Assembly: GCA_040389105.1 (NCBI GenBank)
Contig: JAZKAO010000029.1
Location: 390-64,389 of the forward strand
Origin: Bacteroidota bacterium
GTDB lineage: Bacteria > Bacteroidota > Bacteroidia > Sphingobacteriales > Sphingobacteriaceae
Reading direction: 5' to 3'
DNA: 64,000 bases
Below, in pieces: positions 8,375 through 17,191 of the stretch. The stretch's first letter is position 1; each line of letters begins with the position of its first letter. The notes under the pieces are model-generated. The model ran no database searches. It worked only from the letters and a program-made list of their open reading frames with translations, and was not told the origin of the DNA. A program made the position numbers and the translations under genes.

Positions 8375-9166
8375 ATGAACACCCCGCCGCAATTACGAAC
8401 TGTTAATGTAACCCGTTACGTTACCCCCCTGCGCGAGGGCGGCTCGCTGCCGGCTATTGCCGAGGCAGATGATGGTTTTTTGTATGTATTAAAATTTCGC
8501 GGTGCGGGGCAGGGCGTTAAGGCCCTGATTGCCGAACTGATAGGCGGCGAGATTGCCCGTACAATAGGTCTGAAGATCCCCGAACTGGTGTTTGCCAACC
8601 TGGATACCGCCTTTGGCCGTACCGAACCCGATGAGGAAATACAAGACCTGTTGAAAGCCAGTGTTGGTTTAAACTTAGCCTTGCATTACCTGTCGGGTGC
8701 TATCACATTTGATAGGTCGGTTACCGTGGTCGACCCTTTACTGGCATCAAAAATAGTTTGGATGGATTGCCTGCTGACCAATGTTGACCGTACCCCACGC
8801 AACACCAATATGCTGACGTGGCACCGCGAATTATGGCTGATAGACCATGGCGCGGCCTTGTATTTTCACCACTCCTGGCATAATTGGGAAGAGCAGGCCA
8901 AGCGACCATTTGTGCAGGTGAAAGACCATGTGCTGCTGGCCTACGCATCCGAACTGGATGCAGTTGATACCGAACTGAAAGCCATATTAACCCCCGAAGT
9001 GATCCGTGCCATTGTAGGCCTTATCCCAGATGAATGGCTGACTACCGAATGGGAAGAATCGCCCGACGAGGTGCGGAATATTTACGCGCAGTTTTTGGAA
9101 ACACGTATAGCGTCATCGCAAATTTTTGTAAACGAAGCACAACATGCAAGAGAAACACTTATTTGA
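8375..9166 (+). CDS. HipA-like (PI3/PI4-kinase fold) protein kinase
   Basis: LREGGSLP loop, YVLKFRG (Lys), NVDRTPRNTNML (catalytic loop), LIDHG (Mg-binding). Confidence 0.8.
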   Translation: MNTPPQLRTVNVTRYVTPLREGGSLPAIAEADDGFLYVLKFRGAGQGVKALIAELIGGEIARTIGLKIPELVFANLDTAFGRTEPDEEIQDLLKASVGLNLALHYLSGAITFDRSVTVVDPLLASKIVWMDCLLTNVDRTPRNTNMLTWHRELWLIDHGAALYFHHSWHNWEEQAKRPFVQVKDHVLLAYASELDAVDTELKAILTPEVIRAIVGLIPDEWLTTEWEESPDEVRNIYAQFLETRIASSQIFVNEAQHARETLI

Positions 9167-9527
9167 GTACGCAGTGATCCGCGTTGTGCCCAGGGTTGAA
9201 CGCGAGGAGTTTATTAACGTTGGTGTCATCCTTTTCTGCGCCAAACAGAAATTTTTGCAAGCCATTTATACACTCGATCCCGACAGGATGAGATGTTTCT
9301 CCACCCAGCCGGATATGGATGAGTTAAGGGAACACCTTTGCATGTTCGAATATATTTGCGTTGGCAGCCCGCAAGGCGGCCCAATTGCCTTGCTCGATCC
9401 GGCTTCGCGCTTCCGTTGGTTAACCGCTACCCGTAGTACGGTGGTACAATGCTCAAAAGTACACCCTGGTTTATGTACCGATCCGGCTGAAACTTTAGCC
9501 AAATTACACTGGCAATTGGTGCTGTAA
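9144..9527 (+). CDS. DUF3037 family protein
   Basis: FEYAVIRVVPRVEREEFINVGVIL and RFRWLTA.RSTVVQ.S.VH motifs; 23 nt overlap with the kinase. Confidence 0.85.
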   Translation: MQEKHLFEYAVIRVVPRVEREEFINVGVILFCAKQKFLQAIYTLDPDRMRCFSTQPDMDELREHLCMFEYICVGSPQGGPIALLDPASRFRWLTATRSTVVQCSKVHPGLCTDPAETLAKLHWQLVL

Positions 9528-9535
9528 TCATAAAT

Positions 9536-9622
9536 ATTTGTCATTTCGAACGTAGAGAGAAATCTTGTACGTCAAGACAGTCCGCTCGATTAAGATTTCT
9601 CTCTACGTTCGAAATGACAAAT
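9536..9622. repeat. REPIN-like inverted repeat, family B (GTCATTTCGAACGTAGAGAGAAATC arms)
   Basis: 31 bp perfect IR 9536-9566 / 9592-9622. Confidence 0.9.
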
Positions 9623-9730
9623 TATGTGATGTGGCCTCCCAATCCCCACCACCTCAGGCTATATTCCGCTTCAACCCAATCCATTCGCAAAATTTACATT
9701 TGGAAATCCGCTAAATGCTCTTAAATTCGC

Positions 9731-11647
9731 TTGATGCCCGACCGCTATAATTCAATAACTTATGGAGAACCGCAAGCCGGTTACTGGGAGTGGGATATGA
9801 CAGGCGCTATGCCGTTTAAAAACACCGGTATTGAAGAAGCATTGGGTTATACCACTACCGGCGTCAGGCCAAATTGGGCCGAAGTAGTACCCCCCGAAGA
9901 TATTTTAATAATACGGCAACGCCTGGCCGAACATATTAGCAACGTGGCAAAAAAGCCATTTATACAGGAAGTCCGCTTTCGGCATCTAAACGGATCAACT
10001 GTTTATTTACTGTGTACCGGCCACGTTTTTCAATGGGGCCCCGAAGGCGAGCCCCTAACCATGTCGGGCAGTTATATTAACATCACCAAACAAAAAGAAA
10101 CCCAAAAGGAACTATTACTGGTAAAGGACTTTTTAAGCAAAACCAACGAGGCCGCGGTAGTAGGCGGCTGGCAACTGGATATGGCTACCAATAAAGTAAC
10201 CTGGACCGACGTAACCCGTAAAATTTTTGGTGTGCCCGATGATTTTATTCCAAGCCGGGGTACAGCGTCCGGGTTTTTTAAGGAAGGGTACGATCGTGAT
10301 ATGCTACGCCAGGCCTTTCGCGACGCGGTAGAAAAGGATATTGTGTATGACCTGGAATTGCGTGTGATCAATGCCAGGGGCGAGCAATTGTGGACGCGCA
10401 CTATTGGTCACCCCGAGTTTGAGGATGGGCACTGTGTGCGCTTATATGGCATCTTTCAGGATATTACTATCCGTAAGGAAAACGAGGAAGCCTTAGTGCG
10501 GGCCAAGGAGCAGGCCGAGGCGGCGGTGATAGCCAAATCGAGGTTCCTTTCTATCATGAGCCACGAGATCCGTACGCCTATGAACGCGGTAATTGGCTTT
10601 ACCAACTTGCTGCTGCAAAACCCGCGTACCGATCAGCAGGAATATTTGGATGTACTCAAGTTCTCGGCCGAGAACCTGATGGTGATCATCAATGATATAT
10701 TAGATGTAAATAAAATAGAAGCCGGCAAAATAGAGTTGGAGCAGGACGATTTTAACCTGAAAGAGCTGCTGGATAATATCCATGCTTCGCAGCTACAGGC
10801 TGCCGATGAAAAGGAGATCAACTTCGGCTTAAATTTTGACCCGGCCATACCCGAAATAGTACAGGGCGACCAGGTGCGCCTGGGGCAAATACTAAACAAC
10901 CTAAGCGGTAATGCCATTAAATTTACCCAGGATGGGGGCGTATCCATCAATTGTAAGTTAATTGCGCAGGATGATGATACCATATCGGTTTATTTTGAGG
11001 TGAAAGATACCGGTATCGGTATCCCGCGGGATAAGCAGGAGCATATTTTCGATATATTTTCGCAGGCCAGCAGCTCAACCACGCGTCGCTTTGGCGGTAC
11101 GGGGCTTGGGTTGGCCATCAGCCAGCGCCTGGTGAATTTAATGGGCGGCGAAATACAGGTAACCAGCCGGCCCGAGCAAGGTGCCACCTTTTACTTTGAA
11201 CTGAAAATGCAAAGGGCCAAAAATGCACTGGCTATTGCAGTAAGGCAAAAGCAAACCACTTACCCCGAACTGCTGCATGGCCGCCGGGTATTACTGGTGG
11301 AAGATAACCCCATTAATGTGCTGGTAGCCAAACGTTTTTTAGAGCGATGGGGCATTTTATGCGATGTAGCCGAGAATGGGGAGATAGGGGTGGAAACGGT
11401 TCAGCAGCATTATTACGACCTGGTGTTAATGGATATCCAAATGCCCGTAATGGATGGTTACCAGGCTACGGCCGCTATACGTGCCCTTGGCGGTAAGTAT
11501 AAGGATGTACCCATTATAGCCCTTACGGCATCGGCACTGCTGGATATGAAGGACAAGATTTTGGAAATAGGTATGAACGATTACGTCAGCAAGCCTTTTA
11601 AACCCGAAGAATTGTACGATAAAATTAGCTATTACGTTAGCAAATAA
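9731..11647 (+). CDS. PAS-PAS hybrid sensor histidine kinase / response regulator
   Basis: Two PAS_3-type segments, H-box MSHEIRTPMN, N/G boxes, receiver DLVLMDIQMPVMDG; TACATTTG -7 box at 9695-9702. Confidence 0.93.
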   Translation: MMPDRYNSITYGEPQAGYWEWDMTGAMPFKNTGIEEALGYTTTGVRPNWAEVVPPEDILIIRQRLAEHISNVAKKPFIQEVRFRHLNGSTVYLLCTGHVFQWGPEGEPLTMSGSYINITKQKETQKELLLVKDFLSKTNEAAVVGGWQLDMATNKVTWTDVTRKIFGVPDDFIPSRGTASGFFKEGYDRDMLRQAFRDAVEKDIVYDLELRVINARGEQLWTRTIGHPEFEDGHCVRLYGIFQDITIRKENEEALVRAKEQAEAAVIAKSRFLSIMSHEIRTPMNAVIGFTNLLLQNPRTDQQEYLDVLKFSAENLMVIINDILDVNKIEAGKIELEQDDFNLKELLDNIHASQLQAADEKEINFGLNFDPAIPEIVQGDQVRLGQILNNLSGNAIKFTQDGGVSINCKLIAQDDDTISVYFEVKDTGIGIPRDKQEHIFDIFSQASSSTTRRFGGTGLGLAISQRLVNLMGGEIQVTSRPEQGATFYFELKMQRAKNALAIAVRQKQTTYPELLHGRRVLLVEDNPINVLVAKRFLERWGILCDVAENGEIGVETVQQHYYDLVLMDIQMPVMDGYQATAAIRALGGKYKDVPIIALTASALLDMKDKILEIGMNDYVSKPFKPEELYDKISYYVSK

Positions 11648-11661
11648 GCCGGTCACATCCA

Positions 11662-13431
11662 ATGAACCCTAAAAGCCCTTTAGCCGAACAGCATAACCTG
11701 CTAAGCGAAGCCAAATTTCGCTTAAAGGCATCGTTGTTAATGGGCAAAAGGCAAGTGCAAAACCTGTGGGCAGGCCCGGCGCGATATAGCGATAGCGCAC
11801 AGTTAAAAGATCAACCCATTATTGCCCTATCCGAAAGTGAACTTTGGAATAAGGACGATAATGAACAAAACTGGATCCTAACTGCCGGCAAAGTACAAAA
11901 CCTGCGATTAGCTGCTAAAAAACTGAATGGGTTAGAGATTCCCGCTAACCAGGTATTTAGCTTTTGGAAACATATTGGCAACCCCAACATCGGCAAAAAA
12001 TACGTTGTCGGCCGCGAGATTAGGGAGGGGTGTATTATACCAACTATAGCGGGCGGGTTATGTCAGTTATCCAACGCTTTGTACGATGCTGCCCTAAAGG
12101 CTAATTTTGAGATTGTTGAACGCCATAAGCATACCCGAGTTATAAAAGGATCGTTAGCCGAGCAGGATAGGGACGCCACGGTGAAGTGGAACTATGTGGA
12201 CCTGCGTTTCAGATCGGGCCATGCCTTTAGGATAGAGGTGGGGCTGACGGCCGATAAACTGGTGATCGCTTTCCGCAGTACCGAAAAAAATAACGCCTTT
12301 AATGATGATGGCATCCGGTCATTGATGCAATCATCTAAACTGAATGACTGTTACTCCTGCGGCAATTTTCAATGCTTTAAGCATCCCGATGGCATACCTG
12401 TTAAACGTGAAAGCGCTATTACCACCTATATTTTGGATGATAAGTGGGACGAGTTTGATGAATATATTAAAACACAGGCCACCGATACGGATTTTTTTAT
12501 TGCCCCGCTAATTAATAACCGTTTTATTAAAGCAAGCCGCTATAATTGGTGGTTTAAAAATCCGGCTAATGCCAGGGCTTTAACGCTGGTGGCCTTACAA
12601 AGGGCCCTATTAATGCGCTGGTTTAATAAATCTAACATATTTGGGTTGATGCTGCGGTTGGATAAAAGAGTGGCCAAAGCTGCGGCGCGGAAGATCCCCA
12701 TGGCAAGTACACATTTGGTTATCTCGCAAAACTTACTACCGTATTTATGGCAGGAAGGCGCTTTAGGTGGCCGCACATTTGATGTGCTGATGACGCGCCT
12801 GCCGATGGAAAAACTGCACGAGCGGCTGGATTTAGCCCACAGTAAATTCCCCGATAGTACTACCCTTAATGATTTTCGCGCCCCGCAAAACTTAATAGAT
12901 ATGGAAAATGCCGCCCTCACTCAATCGCGTTGTGTTATTACACCGCATACCGAGGTGGCCGGTATTTTTAATAACAAATCCCTTAAACTAAATTGGGTTT
13001 TACCCAAAATGGCACCAAAAATACCGGTACCGGGTGGCCGCATCCTATTTCCGGCATCGGCTTTAGGCCGCAAGGGCGCTTATGAGCTTAGGCAACTGGC
13101 TAAGGAACTAAATTTACAGGTAACCATAACAGGCAAAGCCACCGAAAATGCTAACTTTTGGGATGGCATTACCACCAGCTTTACTACCGGCGATATATTC
13201 GAAAATATCAGTATGGTGATATACCCTGTCTATGTGGAGCATCAGCCCCGGTTGTTATTAAAAGCTATAGCGGCGGGCTTGCCCGTTATTACCACTACAG
13301 CTTGCGGATTAATGCCGGCTGATAATTTAACCATAGTGCCTGTTGGCGATAATAATGCTTTGAAAAAAGCGGTTGTTAACCAAATAAATATGCCGGTGCA
13401 GACAAAAAAAGAAGCGGCATGCGCCGGTTAA
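11662..13431 (+). CDS. VanW domain fused to a glycosyltransferase (GT-B, GT4-like) region
   Basis: VanW: FSFW..IG, GGGLCQLSN-like AGGLCQLSNALY, ERH.H, DATV..NYVDLRF. C-terminus: GRKG and EHQPRLLLKAIAAGLPVITT..CG. Confidence 0.75.
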   Translation: MNPKSPLAEQHNLLSEAKFRLKASLLMGKRQVQNLWAGPARYSDSAQLKDQPIIALSESELWNKDDNEQNWILTAGKVQNLRLAAKKLNGLEIPANQVFSFWKHIGNPNIGKKYVVGREIREGCIIPTIAGGLCQLSNALYDAALKANFEIVERHKHTRVIKGSLAEQDRDATVKWNYVDLRFRSGHAFRIEVGLTADKLVIAFRSTEKNNAFNDDGIRSLMQSSKLNDCYSCGNFQCFKHPDGIPVKRESAITTYILDDKWDEFDEYIKTQATDTDFFIAPLINNRFIKASRYNWWFKNPANARALTLVALQRALLMRWFNKSNIFGLMLRLDKRVAKAAARKIPMASTHLVISQNLLPYLWQEGALGGRTFDVLMTRLPMEKLHERLDLAHSKFPDSTTLNDFRAPQNLIDMENAALTQSRCVITPHTEVAGIFNNKSLKLNWVLPKMAPKIPVPGGRILFPASALGRKGAYELRQLAKELNLQVTITGKATENANFWDGITTSFTTGDIFENISMVIYPVYVEHQPRLLLKAIAAGLPVITTTACGLMPADNLTIVPVGDNNALKKAVVNQINMPVQTKKEAACAG

Positions 13432-13432
13432 A

Positions 13433-13996
13433 TTGCAGCATATGAAACATGTATTTACAATTTTGTTATTAGGCTTTACTTTAACTGCGTTTGCACAAGT
13501 AAAGTGCGACAGCATTATCTGGAAAGCCGATCGGAAACTGACCTGGGGCGATTTCCAGGGCGAACCTGTATTATCGGGCATGGTGGCTGCAAAAACACAT
13601 TACGATTTTGTGAGGACTTGGGCTGCACACGGCTTTACACTGAAAACCAAAATGGTATGCTCTTTTAACCCATGCAAGTCGTGGAGCAGGAATAAAAAAT
13701 CGGATAATTTGCTGGCGCACGAGCAGGGGCATTTTGATATAGCCGAATATTTCAGGCGGTTGTATAATAAGCGGGTGGCCGAGGCCACTTACTCTAAGTC
13801 GACCATTGTATCGGTGATGAAAAGTATTTACCAAAACATTAATACCGAATGCGAAACCATGCAGGAAAATTACGACACACAAACCACCCATGGCCTAACC
13901 AAGGATAAACAGGTAGAATGGTTGCAAAAAATAGCCGGCCTTTTAGATGCCACTAAACCATTTGACCAGGAAGAAGTAGAGGTAAAATTGCCCTAA
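13433..13996 (+). CDS. Secreted DUF922 family putative zinc peptidase
   Basis: Signal peptide; LTWGDFQG and LLAHEQGHFDI (HExxH). Confidence 0.75.
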   Translation: MQHMKHVFTILLLGFTLTAFAQVKCDSIIWKADRKLTWGDFQGEPVLSGMVAAKTHYDFVRTWAAHGFTLKTKMVCSFNPCKSWSRNKKSDNLLAHEQGHFDIAEYFRRLYNKRVAEATYSKSTIVSVMKSIYQNINTECETMQENYDTQTTHGLTKDKQVEWLQKIAGLLDATKPFDQEEVEVKLP

Positions 13997-14574
13997 TGAT
14001 GGTGTATCCCGAAATTTTAGCCCATATTAAACGATACGTGCAGTTAAGCGCGCAGGATGAAGAACTGCTTTGCAGTAAACTGGAACTGAAAGAGTTTAAA
14101 AGGAAGCAGTATGTTTTAGAGGCTGGCAAGATATGCCCCGGCAATTACTTTGTAATTAAAGGCTGCCTGCGACAGTTTTTTGTGAACAGCAAGCTGAACG
14201 AACAGATCATTCAGTTTGGGTTGGAAAACTGGTGGATAGCCGACCAGGACAGCCTGCTGAACCATAGCCCATCAACCACCTGTATCCAAACCATTGAAGC
14301 ATGTGAGTTGCTGCTCTTATCAGAAAAGAACCGCGTGCTGCTGTTTGAACAGATCCCCCAGTTAGAAAGCTATTTCCGTGTGATGATGCAAAAGGCCTTT
14401 GTGGCATCGCAACGCCGTATAGGCTTTATTTTTAACCAAAGCGATGAGGAACGTTATCGTCACTTTATCAGCCTGTTCCCGGGTTTTGCACAGCGGGTGC
14501 CGCAGTATATGCTGGCATCGTACCTGGGCTTTACGCCGCAATTTTTAAGCCGGCTTCGGGCCAAAAAGGTTTGA
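13996..14574 (+). CDS. Crp/Fnr family transcriptional regulator
   Basis: cNMP-binding region (YFVIKGCLRQF, FGLENWWI) and C-terminal HTH (PQYMLASYLGFTPQFLSRLR). Confidence 0.9.
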   Translation: MMVYPEILAHIKRYVQLSAQDEELLCSKLELKEFKRKQYVLEAGKICPGNYFVIKGCLRQFFVNSKLNEQIIQFGLENWWIADQDSLLNHSPSTTCIQTIEACELLLLSEKNRVLLFEQIPQLESYFRVMMQKAFVASQRRIGFIFNQSDEERYRHFISLFPGFAQRVPQYMLASYLGFTPQFLSRLRAKKV

Positions 14575-14647
14575 ATTTATTAAACTCAGTTCATTTTTTT
14601 AAGGTATGCTAATGCGCAACTTTGGTGTATCAAAAAAACAAAAGAAA

Positions 14648-15088
14648 ATGAGCAACAGAATTAAAATGAACCAAATAGACCCGGCCGCATACAAAGCGGT
14701 GATGGGCATGGAAAACTATGTAATGGCAAGCGGTTTAAAAACAACCCACCGCGAATTGATCAAAATCCGCGCGTCGCAAATAAACGGTTGTGCTTATTGT
14801 TTAAATATGCATACTGTTGATGCCCGCAAAGCCGGCGAAACCGAGCAACGCATCTATACTTTATCAGCATGGAGAGATACGCCATTTTTTGACGAAGAGG
14901 AACGTGCCATATTAGCCCTTACCGAGGAAATGACGTTGATAAGCCAGCACGGCGTTAGCGATGCCGTTTATGCCAAAGCAGCCGAATTATTTGATGCGAC
15001 CTATTTAAGCCAGATCATGATGTCGATCATCACCATCAATGCCTGGAACCGAATTGCAGTGACACTTCAATTTGAACCGGGGAAATAA
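14648..15088 (+). CDS. Carboxymuconolactone decarboxylase / AhpD family protein
   Basis: ELIKIRASQINGCAYCLNMH and INAWNRI motifs; ATG 14648 preferred over 14606. Confidence 0.9.
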   Translation: MSNRIKMNQIDPAAYKAVMGMENYVMASGLKTTHRELIKIRASQINGCAYCLNMHTVDARKAGETEQRIYTLSAWRDTPFFDEEERAILALTEEMTLISQHGVSDAVYAKAAELFDATYLSQIMMSIITINAWNRIAVTLQFEPGK

Positions 15089-15183
15089 GTCATTTCGCTT
15101 CGCTGTCATTGGGGGCATAGCCTTGCGCCGACATTAGGTTATTAGGCACGCTGTCAATTGTAATAATTAACATGCGGGTTATA

Positions 15184-15235
15184 GTGTACAAGGTGTACAA
15201 AGTGTTCAACCGTACAACTTGTACACTTTGTACAC
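15184..15235. repeat. Inverted array of 9-mer GTGTACAAR units
   Basis: GTGTACAAG GTGTACAAA GTGTTCAAC, then CTTGTACAC TTTGTACAC, between convergent genes. Confidence 0.85.
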
Positions 15236-15270
15236 AGATAAATAAATCCGCAGGGTTTATGACCCAATGA

Positions 15271-15738
15271 TTATTTCTTCGCCACGCGCTTATTTGCCGA
15301 TACCGATTTGAGGATGGTTTTACCCTCCACAATCTGCTTTTGGTCTTTCACTTTATTTAAGGATAAAATATAGGCATCCATTACTAATTGCCGCATATAG
15401 TCGCGGGGGAAACCGGCCAGGTCTTTTACCTGGATATACCGGTATTGGTTACCGTTACCTATCAGCATTTTTTTAGGGTCGGGCACTTCGGTACCCCAAT
15501 AAAAGCCGAAATGTATATTATGCCCCGCACGGTAAACAGCGATAGAACAAAAGATATGGCTTAACTTTTCAGTAGGCGACCAACCAATGGCTACCGCGTT
15601 ATAATTATCGTAAATCAACTCGTTACATTGCGGGTACTCATCCCACACAAAATCGCGTAGCCAAAGCACCTTATCCCGTACCTCGGGTGGCAGCGGGGCC
15701 AGGTAATTGAGCAGATCGGCGGTGTCTTCTTTTGCCAT
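15271..15738 (-). CDS. DUF1801 family protein
   Basis: LRDFVW..YPQCNELIYDNYN, HIHFGFYWG, L.G.G.QYRYI. Confidence 0.75.
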   Translation of the reverse strand: MAKEDTADLLNYLAPLPPEVRDKVLWLRDFVWDEYPQCNELIYDNYNAVAIGWSPTEKLSHIFCSIAVYRAGHNIHFGFYWGTEVPDPKKMLIGNGNQYRYIQVKDLAGFPRDYMRQLVMDAYILSLNKVKDQKQIVEGKTILKSVSANKRVAKK

Positions 15739-15812
15739 AACAGAAAAGGGTACAAGTAAATATACTTAAAAACATATCCCGCTAAAACATTAATTTGCAG
15801 CAACAATTCCCA

Positions 15813-15847
15813 CTAATGACTAATGACTAATGACTAATGACTAATGA
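15813..15847 (+). repeat. Heptamer tandem repeat (CTAATGA)x5
   Basis: Five exact units; overlaps the start codon of the next gene. Confidence 0.95.
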
Positions 15848-16448
15848 CCTGAAAGAATTATGCGGCAATATCGATATCTACCTGTTCGACCAGTTACTGA
15901 AGGGCCGGTTTGATAGTTGCCAAACTATATTGGATGTTGGCTGTGGCGGCGGGCGCAACCTGCACTATTTTTTGCGTAACGGCTTTAATGTATATGGTAT
16001 GGATGCCGATGCCGGCGCTGTTGAAGCGGTAAAGCAGCTTTCGGCGCAATTAGCGCCCGGTAATGCGGCAGCTAATTTTGTGGTGGCCAGGGTTGATGAC
16101 TTGCCTTACGCGGATAGTTTCTTCGATTTGGCTATATGCAGCGCCGTGCTGCACTTCGCGCATGATCATAACCACTTTGATGCCATGCTGCGCTCTATAT
16201 GGCGGGTGCTTAAACCCAATGGCTATTTGTTTGCCCGGCTGGCATCTGATATTGGGATTGAGGGATTGGTTAGGCCATTAGGCAATGGCCGGTATCATTT
16301 ACCAGATGGCAGCACCCGCTACCTGGTGAACGAGGAAATACTGATGGAATATACCCTTGAATTAGGCGGCGAGTTGTTTGAACCCATTAAAACCACCAAT
16401 GTACAAAACCAGCGCTGTATGACTACCTGGTGTATAGTGAAGAAATAG
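15837..16448 (+). CDS. Class I SAM-dependent methyltransferase
   Basis: ILDVGCGGGRN motif I, YGMDAD motif II, AICSAVLHF. Confidence 0.9.
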   Translation: MTNDLKELCGNIDIYLFDQLLKGRFDSCQTILDVGCGGGRNLHYFLRNGFNVYGMDADAGAVEAVKQLSAQLAPGNAAANFVVARVDDLPYADSFFDLAICSAVLHFAHDHNHFDAMLRSIWRVLKPNGYLFARLASDIGIEGLVRPLGNGRYHLPDGSTRYLVNEEILMEYTLELGGELFEPIKTTNVQNQRCMTTWCIVKK

Positions 16449-16535
16449 GATGGTGAAACGGGATAACAATACCGCCACTATTCTAAATTATAAGAATATA
16501 TATTGATATTAGTTTTTTATAAATCTTAACAGAGC

Positions 16536-17033
16536 ATGATCAATAACAACACGTCGCCAACGCCCGGGATGGCATTTAAAGTTTTAACCATTATACATTT
16601 AGCCTTAATGCTGGGGCAGGTGTTATTTGGCGTGGTCGTTTTCTTTCAAACCCGATCTGTAAGGGTAAATATTGAGAAAATAGACGACGTATATATTTAC
16701 ATAGTACCATTTATGGCTATCAGTTGCTTTATAGCCAGTAACTTTATGTACAAGCAACAACTGGGTATTGCTGCCGGTAAACCCACACTGCAGGAAAAAA
16801 TGACGGGTTATCAAACCGCATTAATTGTGCGGTATGCATTGCTTGAGGGGGCATCGCTGTTTGGAATTGTAGTTTACCTGCTTACAGGTAATTTGCTGTT
16901 CCTGCTTATCTCGGGTGCCATAGTAATTTACTTTTTATTGATCAGGCCTACACGGGATAGGGTAGAGGCCGACTTAAACTTAACTTACGAAGAAAAGATT
17001 GATTTGGATAGCCGGGATACATTTGGCCAATAG
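16536..17033 (+). CDS. Hypothetical membrane protein (4 TM)
   Basis: Hydrophobic segments; YQTALIVRYALLEG motif. Confidence 0.7.
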   Translation: MINNNTSPTPGMAFKVLTIIHLALMLGQVLFGVVVFFQTRSVRVNIEKIDDVYIYIVPFMAISCFIASNFMYKQQLGIAAGKPTLQEKMTGYQTALIVRYALLEGASLFGIVVYLLTGNLLFLLISGAIVIYFLLIRPTRDRVEADLNLTYEEKIDLDSRDTFGQ

Positions 17034-17191
17034 TTATTTGGGATTGATATAACAGTTATAGTGTTTTTTTTATCGTATTAATTATGCCGGTTATGATGGC
17101 GCTAATTAGTAATTGAAAATTGGGGATGGAATACTGTTGGTTCATTGCGGTTAGATTAAGTAATTTGCATCACCGAAAATTAACTATATCC

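Noticed and set aside
13996-15088. Crp/Fnr regulator + AhpD/CMD gene pair
   Set aside because: A very common Bacteroidetes arrangement with nothing unusual in the motifs.
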